NCBI GenBank assembly: GCA_900299005.1
Contig: OMID01000062.1
Span: 38,543 to 102,542, forward strand
From: Oxalobacteraceae bacterium
Lineage (GTDB): Bacteria > Pseudomonadota > Gammaproteobacteria > Burkholderiales > Burkholderiaceae_D
Direction: 5' to 3'
DNA: 64,000 nucleotides
The position numbers and the translations under genes were made by a program. The notes beneath the pieces are model-generated. The model was given only the letters and a program-made list of their open reading frames with translations, was not told where the DNA came from and ran no database searches. Shown here one piece after another: positions 10,984-22,088 of this stretch. The stretch's first letter is position 1. Each line of letters opens with the position of its first letter.

Positions 10984-11715
10984 ATGACCCAGACATACTT
11001 CGGTTACGAGCAAGTTCACGAGCACGAGAAAGTCCACAAAGTGGCCGGCGTGTTCCACTCCGTTGCTGCCAACTATGATGTGATGAATGACCTGATGTCC
11101 GGGGGTCTCCACCGGCTGTGGAAGGCATTCACCGTGGCGCAGGCAGGCATACGTCCCGGCTGCAAAGTGCTCGATATTGCCGCCGGCACTGGCGATCTGA
11201 CGAGGGCTTTTGCAAAAAAAGCTGGGCCGACCGGCGAGGTCTGGCACACGGACATCAATGAATCCATGCTCAGGGTCGGTCGAGACAGGTTGATCAACGA
11301 AGGCTTCGTGCTGCCAAGCCTGATCTGCGATGCCGAGCGGCTACCCTTCCCGGACAATTACTTTGATCGTGTCTCGGTCGCTTTCGGGCTGCGTAACATG
11401 ACTCACAAAGACGCGGCGCTGGCGGAGATGCGGCGCGTGCTCAAACCCGGTGGCAAGCTGCTGGTGTTGGAATTTTCAAAAGTGACGCCGCTGCTCCGCA
11501 AGCCCTACGATCTCTACTCCTTCAAGGTACTCCCTTGGCTGGGCGATAAGATCGCGAATGATGCCGACAGCTACCGTTATCTGGCCGAATCGATACGCAT
11601 GCATCCCGATCAGGAAACCCTCAAAGGCATGATGGAGGACGCAGGGCTGGGCAGGGTCGACTATTTCAATCTGACCGGTGGCATCACGGCCTTGCATGTC
11701 GGCGTGAAGCTGTAG
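10984..11715 (+). CDS. ubiE: Demethylmenaquinone / ubiquinone C-methyltransferase
   Basis: [30 protein letters not shown] motif, [13 protein letters not shown]. Confidence 0.97.
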   Translation: MTQTYFGYEQVHEHEKVHKVAGVFHSVAANYDVMNDLMSGGLHRLWKAFTVAQAGIRPGCKVLDIAAGTGDLTRAFAKKAGPTGEVWHTDINESMLRVGRDRLINEGFVLPSLICDAERLPFPDNYFDRVSVAFGLRNMTHKDAALAEMRRVLKPGGKLLVLEFSKVTPLLRKPYDLYSFKVLPWLGDKIANDADSYRYLAESIRMHPDQETLKGMMEDAGLGRVDYFNLTGGITALHVGVKL

Positions 11716-11750
11716 GTGCATCGATCTGTTCGCGTGGCACGGCACCCAAG

Positions 11751-11882
11751 GGCAGCGCTGCTTACTTAACCATCGCAAGATTTCTCCTTTGGGGAACTCG
11801 CTGCAAGCCTTTGACGTGGTAGGCTCCCGCATCGCACAGCGATGCTGGCTCCCCATAAAATGGGGTTCTTTTCAGCGTCTCC
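11751..11882 (-). mobile_element. MITE-like dispersed repeat, copy C
   Basis: 132 bp; plus-strand ends GGCAGCGCTG...CAGCGTCTCC; about 54/66 identity to the copy B core, including an identical CCCAAAGGAGAAATCTTGCG. Confidence 0.8.
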
Positions 11883-11893
11883 CCAACCCAATC

Positions 11894-12478
11894 ATGTCTG
11901 CATCCCCCCTGATCGCCGTGCTCAACCACCTGCTCTCCCGTGAGCCGCTGCTGACCGACTCGCTTGCAGCTCATGCGGGCAAATCGGCGCAGATTGACGC
12001 TGGCATTCGGCTGCGATTTGCAGTTGCGGCCGATGGCCTGCTGCAGGCTGTGGCCACTCAGACGGACGAGGCGAGCGTGACGATCAGCATTGCGCCGGCC
12101 GATTTGTCTCAGGTGCTGACCGATCCCGCGCGCGCGGCTTCCTTTGCCAAGGTCAGCGGTGATGCGGAGTTCGCGCGTGTCATGTCCGACGTGCTCACCC
12201 GACTCCGGTGGGACGCCGAGGCCGATCTTGCGCGCTTTGTGGGTGATATCGCCGCTGTTCGTATCGTAGAAGCAGCGCGAGCCATTGCGGCGCACACTCG
12301 TTCGGGGAGTCGGCGTCTGGCCGAGAATGTCGCTGAATATCTGCTCGAAGAAAATCCGATGCTGCTGCATCGTCGCGCGGGTCAGGATTTCGCTTCCGAC
12401 GTCGCAGTGCTCAGAGATGACGTCGAGCGGCTGGCAAAGCGTATCGCTTTGCTCGAAAAGCGCGGAGGTGCGGCATGA
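11894..12478 (+). CDS. ubiJ: Ubiquinone biosynthesis accessory factor UbiJ (SCP2 domain)
   Basis: [35 protein letters not shown] and a coiled-coil C-terminus; ATGA overlap with ubiB. Confidence 0.88.
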   Translation: MSASPLIAVLNHLLSREPLLTDSLAAHAGKSAQIDAGIRLRFAVAADGLLQAVATQTDEASVTISIAPADLSQVLTDPARAASFAKVSGDAEFARVMSDVLTRLRWDAEADLARFVGDIAAVRIVEAARAIAAHTRSGSRRLAENVAEYLLEENPMLLHRRAGQDFASDVAVLRDDVERLAKRIALLEKRGGAA

Positions 12479-14061
12479 TTGTGCGCCTTGTGCGAGCCAT
12501 CAGGATTGCGCGTGTGGTCTTGCGCTACGGCTTGGACGATGTCCTGTTGGCCGGCGCGAGAATGCCGGCGTCGCTTCGCCTCTTGTCGGCGCTATTTTTC
12601 TGGCGACATGCGCTGCGCGATGTGCGCGCGCCGCGCGGCGAACGGCTGCGTCGCGCGCTGGAAGAACTGGGTCCCATTTTTGTGAAATTTGGGCAAGTAC
12701 TCTCCACGCGTCGCGACTTGCTGCCAGCCGATATCGCGGATCAGTTGGCCTTGCTGCAGGATCGCGTGCCGCCATTTGCTTCCGAGCTGGCCGTCAAGGA
12801 AATCACGCGCGCACTGGGTCGACATCCGGATCAGCTTTTCGCCAGCTTCACGCATGAACCCGTCGCATCGGCATCGGTGGCGCAGGTGCATTTTGCCACG
12901 CTCACTAATGGCCGGGAAGTCGCGATCAAAGTGCTGCGACCGGGTGTGCACAAGGCGATTGACGACGATCTCGGTTTGCTCCACCTCCTCGCAGCTTGGG
13001 TCGAGCGCTGGTCGCAGGATGGCCGTCGATTGCGCCCGCGTGAGGTGGTGGCGGAGTTCGACAAATATCTGCATGATGAGCTTGACCTGATGCGCGAAGC
13101 CGCAAATGCCAGCCAGCTTCGCCGCAATTTTGCGTCCTCTGATCTGCTGTTGGTGCCGGAGATGTTCTGGGACTATTGCACTGAGTCCGTGATCGTGATG
13201 GAGCGCATGCAGGGCATTCCCATCTCCCATACCCAGCGGCTGATCGACGCGGGCATCGATCTCAAGAAACTCTCGCGTGATGGAGTGGAGATTTTTTTCA
13301 CGCAGGTATTCCGCGATGGTTTCTTCCATGCGGACATGCACCCCGGGAATATACTCGTCTCTACCTCACCCGGAACATTTGGCCGTTATATCGCGCTGGA
13401 TTTCGGCATCGTCGGCACGCTGACCGATTTTGACAAAGACTACCTCGCGCAGAATTTCCTGGCCTTCTTTCGCCGCGACTACAAGCGCGTGGCCCAGGCC
13501 CATATCGAGTCCGGCTGGGCGCCCAAAGACACCCGGGTGGACGAACTCGAAGCGGCGGTGCGCGCTTGCTGCGAGCCTATCTTTGATCGGCCGCTCGCGC
13601 AGATCTCCTTCGGACAGGTATTGCTGCGACTGTTCCAGACGTCACGCCGCTTCAATATCGAGGTGCAGCCGCAGCTCGTGCTGCTGCAGAAAACCTTGCT
13701 CAATATCGAGGGCCTGGGTCGTCAGCTTGATCCTGATCTCGATCTTTGGTCGACCGCCAAGCCGGCGCTGGAAAAGTGGATGCAGCAGCAGCTCGGTTGG
13801 CGCGGTTTCATTGAACGGCTAAAGCTCGAGGCACCGCATTACGCTCAACTTTTGCCGCAGCTGCCCCGGCTGCTGCATCAGGCCTTGCAGGCGCAAGTCG
13901 CAGCCAGTAACCACCCGCAGCAGGCGTCGCTGATGCGCCGTCTCATCCGAGAGCAGCAGCGCACCAATGTGCTACTTGGAATCGCCGTCTATTTTGGCGG
14001 TGGTTTGATCACGGGCATGCTCATCGTGCAGCTCTTTGTGCGCTGGCACGCAGCGTACTGA
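12475..14061 (+). CDS. ubiB: Ubiquinone biosynthesis regulatory kinase-like protein UbiB
   Basis: [42 protein letters not shown]. Confidence 0.96.
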   Translation: MIVRLVRAIRIARVVLRYGLDDVLLAGARMPASLRLLSALFFWRHALRDVRAPRGERLRRALEELGPIFVKFGQVLSTRRDLLPADIADQLALLQDRVPPFASELAVKEITRALGRHPDQLFASFTHEPVASASVAQVHFATLTNGREVAIKVLRPGVHKAIDDDLGLLHLLAAWVERWSQDGRRLRPREVVAEFDKYLHDELDLMREAANASQLRRNFASSDLLLVPEMFWDYCTESVIVMERMQGIPISHTQRLIDAGIDLKKLSRDGVEIFFTQVFRDGFFHADMHPGNILVSTSPGTFGRYIALDFGIVGTLTDFDKDYLAQNFLAFFRRDYKRVAQAHIESGWAPKDTRVDELEAAVRACCEPIFDRPLAQISFGQVLLRLFQTSRRFNIEVQPQLVLLQKTLLNIEGLGRQLDPDLDLWSTAKPALEKWMQQQLGWRGFIERLKLEAPHYAQLLPQLPRLLHQALQAQVAASNHPQQASLMRRLIREQQRTNVLLGIAVYFGGGLITGMLIVQLFVRWHAAY

Positions 14062-14127
14062 TGCCTTCAGCTTCCTCGGGGCCATCCTCGCAGGCAGCGT
14101 TTAGCGGCCCCAGACAAACCCAGCCGC

Positions 14128-14133
14128 TATAAT
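14128..14133 (+). promoter_or_regulatory. Consensus -10 hexamer upstream of the Na+/solute symporter
   Basis: TATAAT 130 nt before the probable ATG. Confidence 0.4.
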
Positions 14134-14263
14134 CGCACCACTTTTTTTGGGGGGTGTCCAAGAACCTGTCCCAGCAGGCCGCCGGCTGCGCCAGTACGAC
14201 CGCGCCATTGACCTCAAGGGACAGGAACCCGATCGCTCCCCGGTGATGCTGCCCGGAGCCGCC

Positions 14264-15688
14264 ATGAATACCTTGCTGGTTTTTGTCTTCCTGTACCTGC
14301 TGATATCGGTCGGCCTTGGCTTGTATGCCGCGACGCGCGTTAAAAATTCCAGCGATTACGCCAATGCTGGCCGCGCACTACCGCTCCCCGTTGTGATCGC
14401 GACCGTCTTTGCCACCTGGTTTGGTTCTGAAACCGTGCTGGGCATTCCAGCGCGCTTCGCCGAGCACGGGCTGGGCGGCACCGTCGAAGACCCGTTCGGC
14501 GCCTCGCTTTGCCTGATCTTCGTGGGCCTTTTTTTCGCCCGCAAGCTGTACCGGCTGAATTTGCTCACCATTGGCGATTACTACAAGCAGCGCTTCAACC
14601 GCCCTGTGGAAATCATTGTGTCCCTGTGCATTGTGGTCTCTTATCTCGGTTGGGTATCGGCGCAAATTACGGCAATGGGTCTGGTGTTTAGCGTGCTCAC
14701 GGATGGCGCAATTTCACTGTCTACGGGCATGATCATCGGCGCCGCAGTCGTGCTGGTGTACACGCTCTTTGGCGGCATGTGGTCGGTGGCGCTGACGGAT
14801 GCATTCCAGATGTCGCTGATTGTCATCGGCATGCTCTACATTGCCTGGGTGATCGCCGGCTATGCCGGAGGCGCGCAGACAGTGATTCAGCATGCCTCGG
14901 CAGCTGGCAAGCTGCACTTCTTTCCCGCGCCGACGCTGACCGCGTGGCTGGGTTTTGTTGGCATGGGGGTGACCATCATGCTGGGTTCGATACCGCAGCA
15001 GGACGTATTTCAGCGCGTGATGTCGGCGCGCTCGGAGAATGTAGCGGTTGCGGGCGCCGTCGTGGGCGGCACCCTGTACTTCTTCCTCGCGTTCATCCCG
15101 ATGTTTTTGGTCTACTCGGCGCAGCTTATTGACCCGCAGATGTTCGCCTCCCTGATCGACGAAGATCCACAAATGATCCTGCCGCGCCTGATTCTTGACC
15201 ACACCCCGGTGTTCGCGCAGGTGCTCTTCTTCGGCGCTCTGCTATCCGCGATCATGTCCACGGCGAGCGGTACGCTGCTCGCACCGAGCATCACGCTCAC
15301 CGAGAACATCCTGCGTGAGATGATGCCGATGAACGACAAGCAGCTGCTGCTGACGACTCGCATCGTGGTGGTGCTGTTCGCGATCGCCGTCACCACCTTT
15401 GCGCTCTACTCACAGGGCATGCCTATCTACGAAATGGTGGGCAATTCGTACAAAGTGCCGCTGGTCGGAGCCTTTGTGCCGCTGGTGATGGGCCTGTACT
15501 GGAAACGCGCGACCACGCAGGGGGCGATGTTGTCCGTCCTGGGTGGCCTGAGCTCCTGGGTGCTGATGGAGATTTATGGGGGTGACTCGATCTGCCCCCC
15601 CCAGTTCGTTGGTCTGCTGGCAGCTTTCGCTGGCATGATTCTGGGTTCGCTGCTCCCGCAGGCACGGCGGCTGTCGCACTGGGCTTAG
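14264..15688 (+). CDS. Sodium:solute symporter (SSS/SLC5) family transporter, substrate unknown
   Basis: DYANAGR, ATWFGSETVLG, GGMWSVALTD, GSIPQQDVFQR, AIMSTAS; many TM segments; probable start MNTLLVF at 14264. Confidence 0.9.
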   Translation: MNTLLVFVFLYLLISVGLGLYAATRVKNSSDYANAGRALPLPVVIATVFATWFGSETVLGIPARFAEHGLGGTVEDPFGASLCLIFVGLFFARKLYRLNLLTIGDYYKQRFNRPVEIIVSLCIVVSYLGWVSAQITAMGLVFSVLTDGAISLSTGMIIGAAVVLVYTLFGGMWSVALTDAFQMSLIVIGMLYIAWVIAGYAGGAQTVIQHASAAGKLHFFPAPTLTAWLGFVGMGVTIMLGSIPQQDVFQRVMSARSENVAVAGAVVGGTLYFFLAFIPMFLVYSAQLIDPQMFASLIDEDPQMILPRLILDHTPVFAQVLFFGALLSAIMSTASGTLLAPSITLTENILREMMPMNDKQLLLTTRIVVVLFAIAVTTFALYSQGMPIYEMVGNSYKVPLVGAFVPLVMGLYWKRATTQGAMLSVLGGLSSWVLMEIYGGDSICPPQFVGLLAAFAGMILGSLLPQARRLSHWA

Positions 15689-15815
15689 AACTTCTCTCGT
15701 GAGGGTGACGGCAGGCCCTCCTGGTCTCGGCGCGGCAGACGTCTTACCTCACCGGACTTGTCCGCAAAAACCTCTATAATGCAAGGTTTTCGAAATTTTG
15801 CAGGGAGGGGGCAAG

Positions 15816-16148
15816 ATGCCTATCTACGCGTACCGATGCGAAGCTTGCGGCTTGGCCAAAGATGTTCTGCAAAAAATCTCCGACGCCACGCTTACTGACT
15901 GCGACGCTTGCGGCGCGCCAGCCATGAAAAAGCAGGTCACGGCGGCCGGCTTCCAGCTCAAAGGCAGCGGCTGGTACGTGACCGATTTCCGCAATAACGG
16001 CAAGGGGAGTAGCGCCAGCACGGCCAAGCCTGAGTCCGAGAGTGGAGACGCCGCAGGCAACAGCGGCGCGGCCTCGACCGACAGCAGCGCCGCTGCGCAG
16101 TCAAGCCCGGCGCCGGACAGCAAGCCCGCTGCCCCGGCGGCGACCTGA
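15816..16148 (+). CDS. FmdB family zinc-ribbon protein
   Basis: MPIYAYRCEACG...CDACG...FQLKGSGWYVTDF with a low-complexity tail; TATAAT at 15775-15780. Confidence 0.9.
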   Translation: MPIYAYRCEACGLAKDVLQKISDATLTDCDACGAPAMKKQVTAAGFQLKGSGWYVTDFRNNGKGSSASTAKPESESGDAAGNSGAASTDSSAAAQSSPAPDSKPAAPAAT

Positions 16149-16170
16149 CCGCTTCCTCGGGCCTCTGCTC

Positions 16171-16806
16171 ATGCGCAAATACTTCATCACTGGACTGTTG
16201 GTCTTGGTCCCGCTGGCGATCACGCTGTGGGTGCTCAATCTCATTATCGGCACGCTGGATCAATCCCTGCTGCTGATGCCGCCGTCACTGCGTCCGGAGT
16301 CGCTGTTCGGTTTTCATCTGCCCGGCTTTGGCACCATTCTTACGCTAGTCATTATTTTTGTCACCGGATTAATTACGCAGAACTTCATCGGCAACCGGCT
16401 GCTGCGCTTGTGGGAATTGCTGCTCCAGCGCATACCCGTGGTGAACTCGATTTACTCCAGCGTCAAGCAGGTCTCCGACACCCTCTTGTCGTCATCTGGT
16501 AACGCATTTCGCAAGGCCTTGCTGGTGCAGTATCCGCGCGAAGGCATCTGGACCATCGCTTTCCAGACCGGTGTGCCCGGCGGTGATGTGCGCAACCATC
16601 TCGAGGGTGATTACGTCAGCGTCTATGTGCCAACGACGCCCAACCCGACTTCGGGGTTCTTCCTGATGCTCAAACGCGAAGACACCATAGAACTGAACAT
16701 GAGTGTGGATGAGGCCCTGAAATACATCGTTTCGATGGGCGTGGTCGCTCCACCGCAAAAAAAACCTGATGCCGCGCCCCGGACAGCGCAGCGCATTGAA
16801 CCCTGA
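16171..16806 (+). CDS. DUF502 family membrane protein
   Basis: [39 protein letters not shown]; precedes aspS. Confidence 0.9.
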   Translation: MRKYFITGLLVLVPLAITLWVLNLIIGTLDQSLLLMPPSLRPESLFGFHLPGFGTILTLVIIFVTGLITQNFIGNRLLRLWELLLQRIPVVNSIYSSVKQVSDTLLSSSGNAFRKALLVQYPREGIWTIAFQTGVPGGDVRNHLEGDYVSVYVPTTPNPTSGFFLMLKREDTIELNMSVDEALKYIVSMGVVAPPQKKPDAAPRTAQRIEP

Positions 16807-16856
16807 TTTTTGTCATTCAACCCGGCCGCTCAAGGCCACAACCGAGACCGAATACC

Positions 16857-18674
16857 ATGTCCATGCGTACACACTACTGCGGCCTGACTACCGAGGCGCA
16901 GATGGGCCAAACCGTCAGCCTGTGCGGCTGGGTGCACCGCCGCCGAGATCACGGCGGCGTGATCTTCATCGACCTGCGCGATCGCGAAGGCCTGGTGCAA
17001 GTGGTGTGTGACCCGGACCGCGCCGAGATGTTCAAGGCTGCCGAGGCAGTGCGCAATGAGTTTTGCTTGCGTATTACCGGTGTGGTGCGCGCGCGCCCGG
17101 CTGGCACCGAGAATGCCAACCTTGCCTCGGGCAAGATCGAGGTGCTGTGCCATGATCTCGACGTGCTGAACCCCTCGGTGACGCCGCCTTTCCAGCTCGA
17201 TGACGACAATCTCTCCGAGACTACTCGTCTGACGCACCGCGTGCTCGATTTGCGCCGTCCGCAGATGCAGCAGAACCTGCGTCTGCGCTACAAGGTGTCG
17301 ATGGAAGTACGCAAATTCCTCGATGAGAATGGGTTCATCGATATCGAGACGCCTATGCTCACCAAGTCCACCCCCGAAGGTGCGCGGGATTATCTGGTGC
17401 CTTCTCGCGTCAATGCGGGTCATTTCTTTGCGCTGCCACAGTCGCCACAGTTGTTCAAGCAGTTGCTCATGGTCGCCAATTTTGATCGCTATTACCAGAT
17501 CACCAAGTGCTTCCGTGACGAAGATTTACGCGCCGATCGTCAGCCTGAATTCACTCAGATCGACTGCGAGACCTCATTCATGAACGAACAAGAGATCCGC
17601 CATCTTTTTGAAGGCATGATCCGCGGCGTTTTCAAGAAGGCGCTCAATGTCGACCTGCCCGATCCTTTTCCGGTCATGGATTTTGCGACCGCGATGGCTA
17701 AGTATGGCTCCGACAAGCCCGATATGCGCGTCAGGCTCGAATTCACCGAGCTGACTGATCTGATGAAAGATGTCGAGTTCAAGGTGTTTTCGGGGGCTGC
17801 CAACATGGAGGGTGGTCGCGTGGTTGGTTTGCGCATCCCCGCTGGCGCGAAAGAACAGGGCGGGATGCCGCGTTCGGAGATTGATGCCTACACCCAATTC
17901 GTGTCGATCTATGGCGCGAAGGGGCTCGCGTACATCAAGGTCAATGAAAAAGCCAAGGGTCGGGAGGGCTTGCAGTCCCCGATCGTGAAGAACATTCATG
18001 ATGCGGCGCTGGCACAGATTCTCGAGCGCACCGGTGCGCAGGACGGCGACCTGATTTTCTTTGGTGCTGACAAGGCCAAGATCGTGAACGATGCCATCGG
18101 TGCCTTGCGTGTGAAGATAGGCCACAGCGAATTCGGTCGCAAGCATGGGTTGTTTGATGATGATTGGCGTCCGCTATGGGTGGTCGATTTTCCGATGTTC
18201 GAGTTCGACGAGGATGATCATCGCTGGAACGCACTGCATCACCCCTTCACAGCTCCCAAGGCGGGGCACGAAGATTTCATCAGCACCGACCCGGGTCGCG
18301 CGATCGCACAGGCGTATGACATGGTGCTCAATGGTTGGGAGCTAGGCGGCGGCTCGGTGCGTATCCATCGTGCCGATGTTCAGAGCAAAGTGTTCAGTGC
18401 GCTCAATATTGACGAAGAAGAAGCGCGGCTGAAGTTCGGCTTCTTGCTGGATGCGCTGCAGTACGGCGCTCCACCTCATGGCGGCCTTGCATTCGGCCTT
18501 GATCGCCTTGTCACGATGATGACCGGCGCCGAGTCGATTCGCGATGTGATCGCTTTCCCCAAGACTCAGCGTGCGCAGTGTCTGCTGACCCAAGCCCCCA
18601 GCGAAGTCGACGAGAAGCAGCTGCGCGAGCTGCATATCCGTTTGCGTCCCACAGAGAGCCCAGTCAAGGCCTGA
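16857..18674 (+). CDS. aspS: Aspartate--tRNA ligase
   Basis: [61 protein letters not shown]. Confidence 0.98.
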   Translation: MSMRTHYCGLTTEAQMGQTVSLCGWVHRRRDHGGVIFIDLRDREGLVQVVCDPDRAEMFKAAEAVRNEFCLRITGVVRARPAGTENANLASGKIEVLCHDLDVLNPSVTPPFQLDDDNLSETTRLTHRVLDLRRPQMQQNLRLRYKVSMEVRKFLDENGFIDIETPMLTKSTPEGARDYLVPSRVNAGHFFALPQSPQLFKQLLMVANFDRYYQITKCFRDEDLRADRQPEFTQIDCETSFMNEQEIRHLFEGMIRGVFKKALNVDLPDPFPVMDFATAMAKYGSDKPDMRVRLEFTELTDLMKDVEFKVFSGAANMEGGRVVGLRIPAGAKEQGGMPRSEIDAYTQFVSIYGAKGLAYIKVNEKAKGREGLQSPIVKNIHDAALAQILERTGAQDGDLIFFGADKAKIVNDAIGALRVKIGHSEFGRKHGLFDDDWRPLWVVDFPMFEFDEDDHRWNALHHPFTAPKAGHEDFISTDPGRAIAQAYDMVLNGWELGGGSVRIHRADVQSKVFSALNIDEEEARLKFGFLLDALQYGAPPHGGLAFGLDRLVTMMTGAESIRDVIAFPKTQRAQCLLTQAPSEVDEKQLRELHIRLRPTESPVKA

Positions 18675-18913
18675 CGACCATTCTTGTCTGCGCAGCCCGA
18701 GATCGACGGTGCGATCTCCGAAGCCAGTTCTGCCAGGAACATGGGCATCACCGTCGATGTGCTGTGACAGCAGCGGCGCTAGTTCGGAGAGGCGCAAGGT
18801 GTAGCCTGAGGGCGGCCATGATCGATGGGACCGTGCCAACGTGATGAGGCCCAGGCGGCGCAACAAGGGATCAAACAAGGCATAATGACCAGGGCACTTG
18901 ATGCCTTGCGACT

Positions 18914-19396
18914 ATGTCCCACCATAAGATCCCTGAATCCGTTCTCGTTGTCATTCACAGTCCTGGGCTGCAGGTGCTGCTGATCGAGCGCGCAGACAGG
19001 CCCGGCTTCTGGCAATCAGTGACGGGGTCCAAGGACAGCTGGGAAGAGGATCTGCGCGAGACTGCAGTGCGTGAAGTCTTCGAGGAGACTGGCATCCGAG
19101 TCGGCAGCGCTCAGGTACCCGGCGAGAACCTTCGCAACTGGCAACTCTCTAATGTTTATGAGATTTACCCCGTGTGGCGTCATCGCTACGCGCCTGGGGT
19201 CACGCATAACACCGAGCATGTTTTTGGTCTCACCGTGCCACCCGAGATTACGATCAGGTTGGCTGAACGCGAGCACTTGCAGCATTGCTGGTTGCCTTGG
19301 CGCGAGGCAGCAGACCAATGTTTTTCACCCTCGAATGCCGAGGCCATTCTTCAATTACCACGCTACCAGCGAGTCTTCTCTTCCCCGGCCGCATGA
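18914..19396 (+). CDS. nudB: Dihydroneopterin triphosphate diphosphatase (Nudix)
   Basis: KIPESVLVVI, FWQSVTGS, AVREVFEETGI Nudix box; downstream of aspS. Confidence 0.92.
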   Translation: MSHHKIPESVLVVIHSPGLQVLLIERADRPGFWQSVTGSKDSWEEDLRETAVREVFEETGIRVGSAQVPGENLRNWQLSNVYEIYPVWRHRYAPGVTHNTEHVFGLTVPPEITIRLAEREHLQHCWLPWREAADQCFSPSNAEAILQLPRYQRVFSSPAA

Positions 19397-20259
19397 AGCT
19401 GCGTATCGTCACCTACAACATTCACAAGGGCGTCAGTGCGTTGGGAAATCGGCTGCGCATCCACGCACTTAAGCGAGCGCTGACAAATCTGCAAGCCGAC
19501 ATCGTCTTCTTGCAGGAAGTTCAGGGACGACATGATGTGCTCGCGCTGCGGCATTCGTCTAGCTGGCCCTCGCAGGGGCAGCACGAATATCTGGCAGAAG
19601 ACCATCAGCACAGTGCCTATGGCATGAATGCAGTGTATGACCACGGCCACCATGGCAACGCACTGCTCTCCAGTTTTCCGATTACTTCGGCAGTCAATCA
19701 CGATGTGTCTGACCATGCGTTCGAGTCGCGCGGCATTCTCCACTGCGTACTGCCTATCGCCGGGCAAGCGGTGCATTGCTACGTTATTCACCTCGGACTG
19801 TTCGCGGGGAGCCGACTGCGACAGTCCCAGTCATTGATCGAAGCGGTGGAGAGCACTGCGCCGCGCGATGCCCCTCTGTTGATTGCCGGAGATTTTAATG
19901 ACTGGACCAATGCGCTTGGTAAATCCTTGTGTCATCGTCTTGGGGTATCCGAAGTATTTGATCGTCAGCTCAGTGTGCGCGGCTTTGGTGATTATCTGCG
20001 TCGTCTGTCGGGCCGGGGACCTCGCAAATCGCCTGCACGCACTTTCCCTTCAGCGATGCCAGTGCTTCAGCTAGACCGTATTTATGTGCGAGGCTTCAAG
20101 GTGATGGAGGCATCCGTGCTGCATGGCGCCAGCTGGGCGCGTTTGTCAGATCATGCCCCCATCGTCGCCGAGCTCTTTCTGCTGCCCGCACCGGCGACAG
20201 CTCTCGCGATCTCAGCGAACGCCGAGCATACGAATGGTCAGCTACAGCCACAGCAATGA
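19393..20259 (+). CDS. Endonuclease/exonuclease/phosphatase family protein (YbhP-like)
   Basis: TYNIHKG, LQEVQ, GDFNDW, LDRIY, SDHAP; ATGA overlap with nudB. Confidence 0.9.
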   Translation: MKLRIVTYNIHKGVSALGNRLRIHALKRALTNLQADIVFLQEVQGRHDVLALRHSSSWPSQGQHEYLAEDHQHSAYGMNAVYDHGHHGNALLSSFPITSAVNHDVSDHAFESRGILHCVLPIAGQAVHCYVIHLGLFAGSRLRQSQSLIEAVESTAPRDAPLLIAGDFNDWTNALGKSLCHRLGVSEVFDRQLSVRGFGDYLRRLSGRGPRKSPARTFPSAMPVLQLDRIYVRGFKVMEASVLHGASWARLSDHAPIVAELFLLPAPATALAISANAEHTNGQLQPQQ

Positions 20260-21394
20260 GTTGGCACTGCTGCATCGTGGTGCGGAATTCTTTCCAGCGC
20301 TGGTGCTGGCCTTCGAGCATGCGCATGCCGAGATTTACCTCGAGACGTATATTTTCGCGATCGATCAGACCGGCGATCGTGTCAAGGCGGCATTGTGCCG
20401 CGCTGCCGCGCGCGGTGTCGCTGTGCACGTGCTGGTGGACTGGGTTGGGACTGGCCATGCGACGGCCATGTCGCTGGGCAAAGAGCTGGAGAGGTCGGGC
20501 GTTCGTTTTGCGTGTTTTAATCCATGGTTTCGGCGTGGTGTGGCGCGCACTCATCGCAAGATGGTGGTCATTGATCGCCGCCTCGCCTTCCTTGGCGGCT
20601 TGAATATCAACGACGATATGATTTCTGACGATGGCCGCCAGCAGTCGCTGCCTGCACCACGGTGGGATTTTGCGGTCAGTGTCAGTGGCCCGATGGTCGA
20701 GGCCATTCATGCCGAGGTGGCGTCTTTGTGGGCGCGCCAGCAGCCACAGACACTGCGGCGACGCCTTGAGGGGCTAAGGCGTTTGTACGCCGAGCGCTTG
20801 CAGCCACTGCGTCAGGTGGAACAGGCTGCGCTGGTTGTGCGGGACAATCTGCGCAACCGCAACACCATACAACGCGCCTTGTTACAGGCGCTCGGACATG
20901 CGCACGATACGGCGTGGCTGGTCACGCCCTATTTTGCACCTGGCCGCAAGCTGCGCAAGGCGCTGATCCATGCGGCGGCTCGCGGTGTCCAAGTGACTTT
21001 GCTGATCGGCGTCGGGCAATTTCGCATGCAGGATGCAGTTGCGCAATCTTTTTATCCGAGATTACTTCGTGCCGGTGTCAAGATCGTCGAATACCGTGGT
21101 ACCCAGTTGCACGCGAAGGTGGCAGTGATCGACGATGCCTGGGCAACGGTGGGTTCAAGCAATTTTGACGGCTTATCATTGTTCGTCAATCATGAGGCGA
21201 ACATTATCATTCGCGATGCCACATTCTCAGGCACGCTGCGCGAGTACATTGCGCAGGGTGTGCGAGAAGGTGCGCTAGTCAGCGAGGCGCAGGTTGCAGA
21301 ATTTTCATGGCGCCGTCGGTTCGGTAATCGCTTGGCTTATCTGCTCTATAAACTTGTATTGCAGGCACTGACTGCGGGACGCTATACCAAATAA
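20234..21394 (+). CDS. clsB: Cardiolipin synthase ClsB-like phospholipase D
   Basis: Two HKD motifs (THRKMVVID, LHAKVAVID), GSSNFD; probable start at 20234. Confidence 0.88.
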   Translation: MVSYSHSNELALLHRGAEFFPALVLAFEHAHAEIYLETYIFAIDQTGDRVKAALCRAAARGVAVHVLVDWVGTGHATAMSLGKELERSGVRFACFNPWFRRGVARTHRKMVVIDRRLAFLGGLNINDDMISDDGRQQSLPAPRWDFAVSVSGPMVEAIHAEVASLWARQQPQTLRRRLEGLRRLYAERLQPLRQVEQAALVVRDNLRNRNTIQRALLQALGHAHDTAWLVTPYFAPGRKLRKALIHAAARGVQVTLLIGVGQFRMQDAVAQSFYPRLLRAGVKIVEYRGTQLHAKVAVIDDAWATVGSSNFDGLSLFVNHEANIIIRDATFSGTLREYIAQGVREGALVSEAQVAEFSWRRRFGNRLAYLLYKLVLQALTAGRYTK

Positions 21395-21406
21395 ACAGAC
21401 AACGCC

Positions 21407-21799
21407 ATGACAAACCCGTCCGTTGATGAGCTTGTGCGTATTGATAAGTGGTTGTGGGCTGCGCGCTTCTTCAAGACTCGTTCACTGGCGGCAGAGGCCA
21501 TCGAGCGAGGAAAAGTCAAAGTTAATGGCGATCGCTGCAAACCAGCACGCCATGTCCGTGGCGGAGATTTGCTCGATATCGACAACGGGAGTACGGAATG
21601 GCAAGTGAGGGTCCTCGCACTGTCCGATAAACGAGGATCTGCAACGTTGGCTAGACAGTTGTATGCTGAAACTGAGGCGAGTTTGCAGCGTCGAGTCGCT
21701 CAGGCTGAACAACGCAAGCTGTTCACCGAGCCCAGTGAATCACTCCGTGGACGACCAACAAAGCGTGATCGTCGACAACTCGATCGCTCACGCGGATAG
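21407..21799 (+). CDS. hslR: RNA-binding S4 domain protein (Hsp15-like)
   Basis: RIDKWLWAARFFKTRSLA and GRPTKRDRR. Confidence 0.93.
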   Translation: MTNPSVDELVRIDKWLWAARFFKTRSLAAEAIERGKVKVNGDRCKPARHVRGGDLLDIDNGSTEWQVRVLALSDKRGSATLARQLYAETEASLQRRVAQAEQRKLFTEPSESLRGRPTKRDRRQLDRSRG

Positions 21800-22088
21800 C
21801 GAATAGATCGCTCCACGCCGTTTGTGCTGTTCGCACTGAACTGATCTTCATGCAAAGGTACGCACAAGGCTGCCTGTATCCCACAGGCGCTTCACTGATT
21901 CGTGCGTCGATCGTTAATTATCAATCGTTAATCGTAACTCCTGAGGCACTCGCGTCTTTCTTCTCGGGCGACGGGTGGCTTAGTGAATTGACGATGCGAT
22001 CACTGAATCATTTCTTTTTGAAGATCGGTGCATAATAAGACGCCCGTTCGATTTTTATGCACCCATGCGGGTGCTTGGGAGGAGCTTG

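Noticed and set aside
14149-14172. GGGGTG...GAACCTG reminiscent of a TPP riboswitch
   Set aside because: Lacks CUGAGA and the P4/P5 pattern; kept only as an unclassified structured leader.
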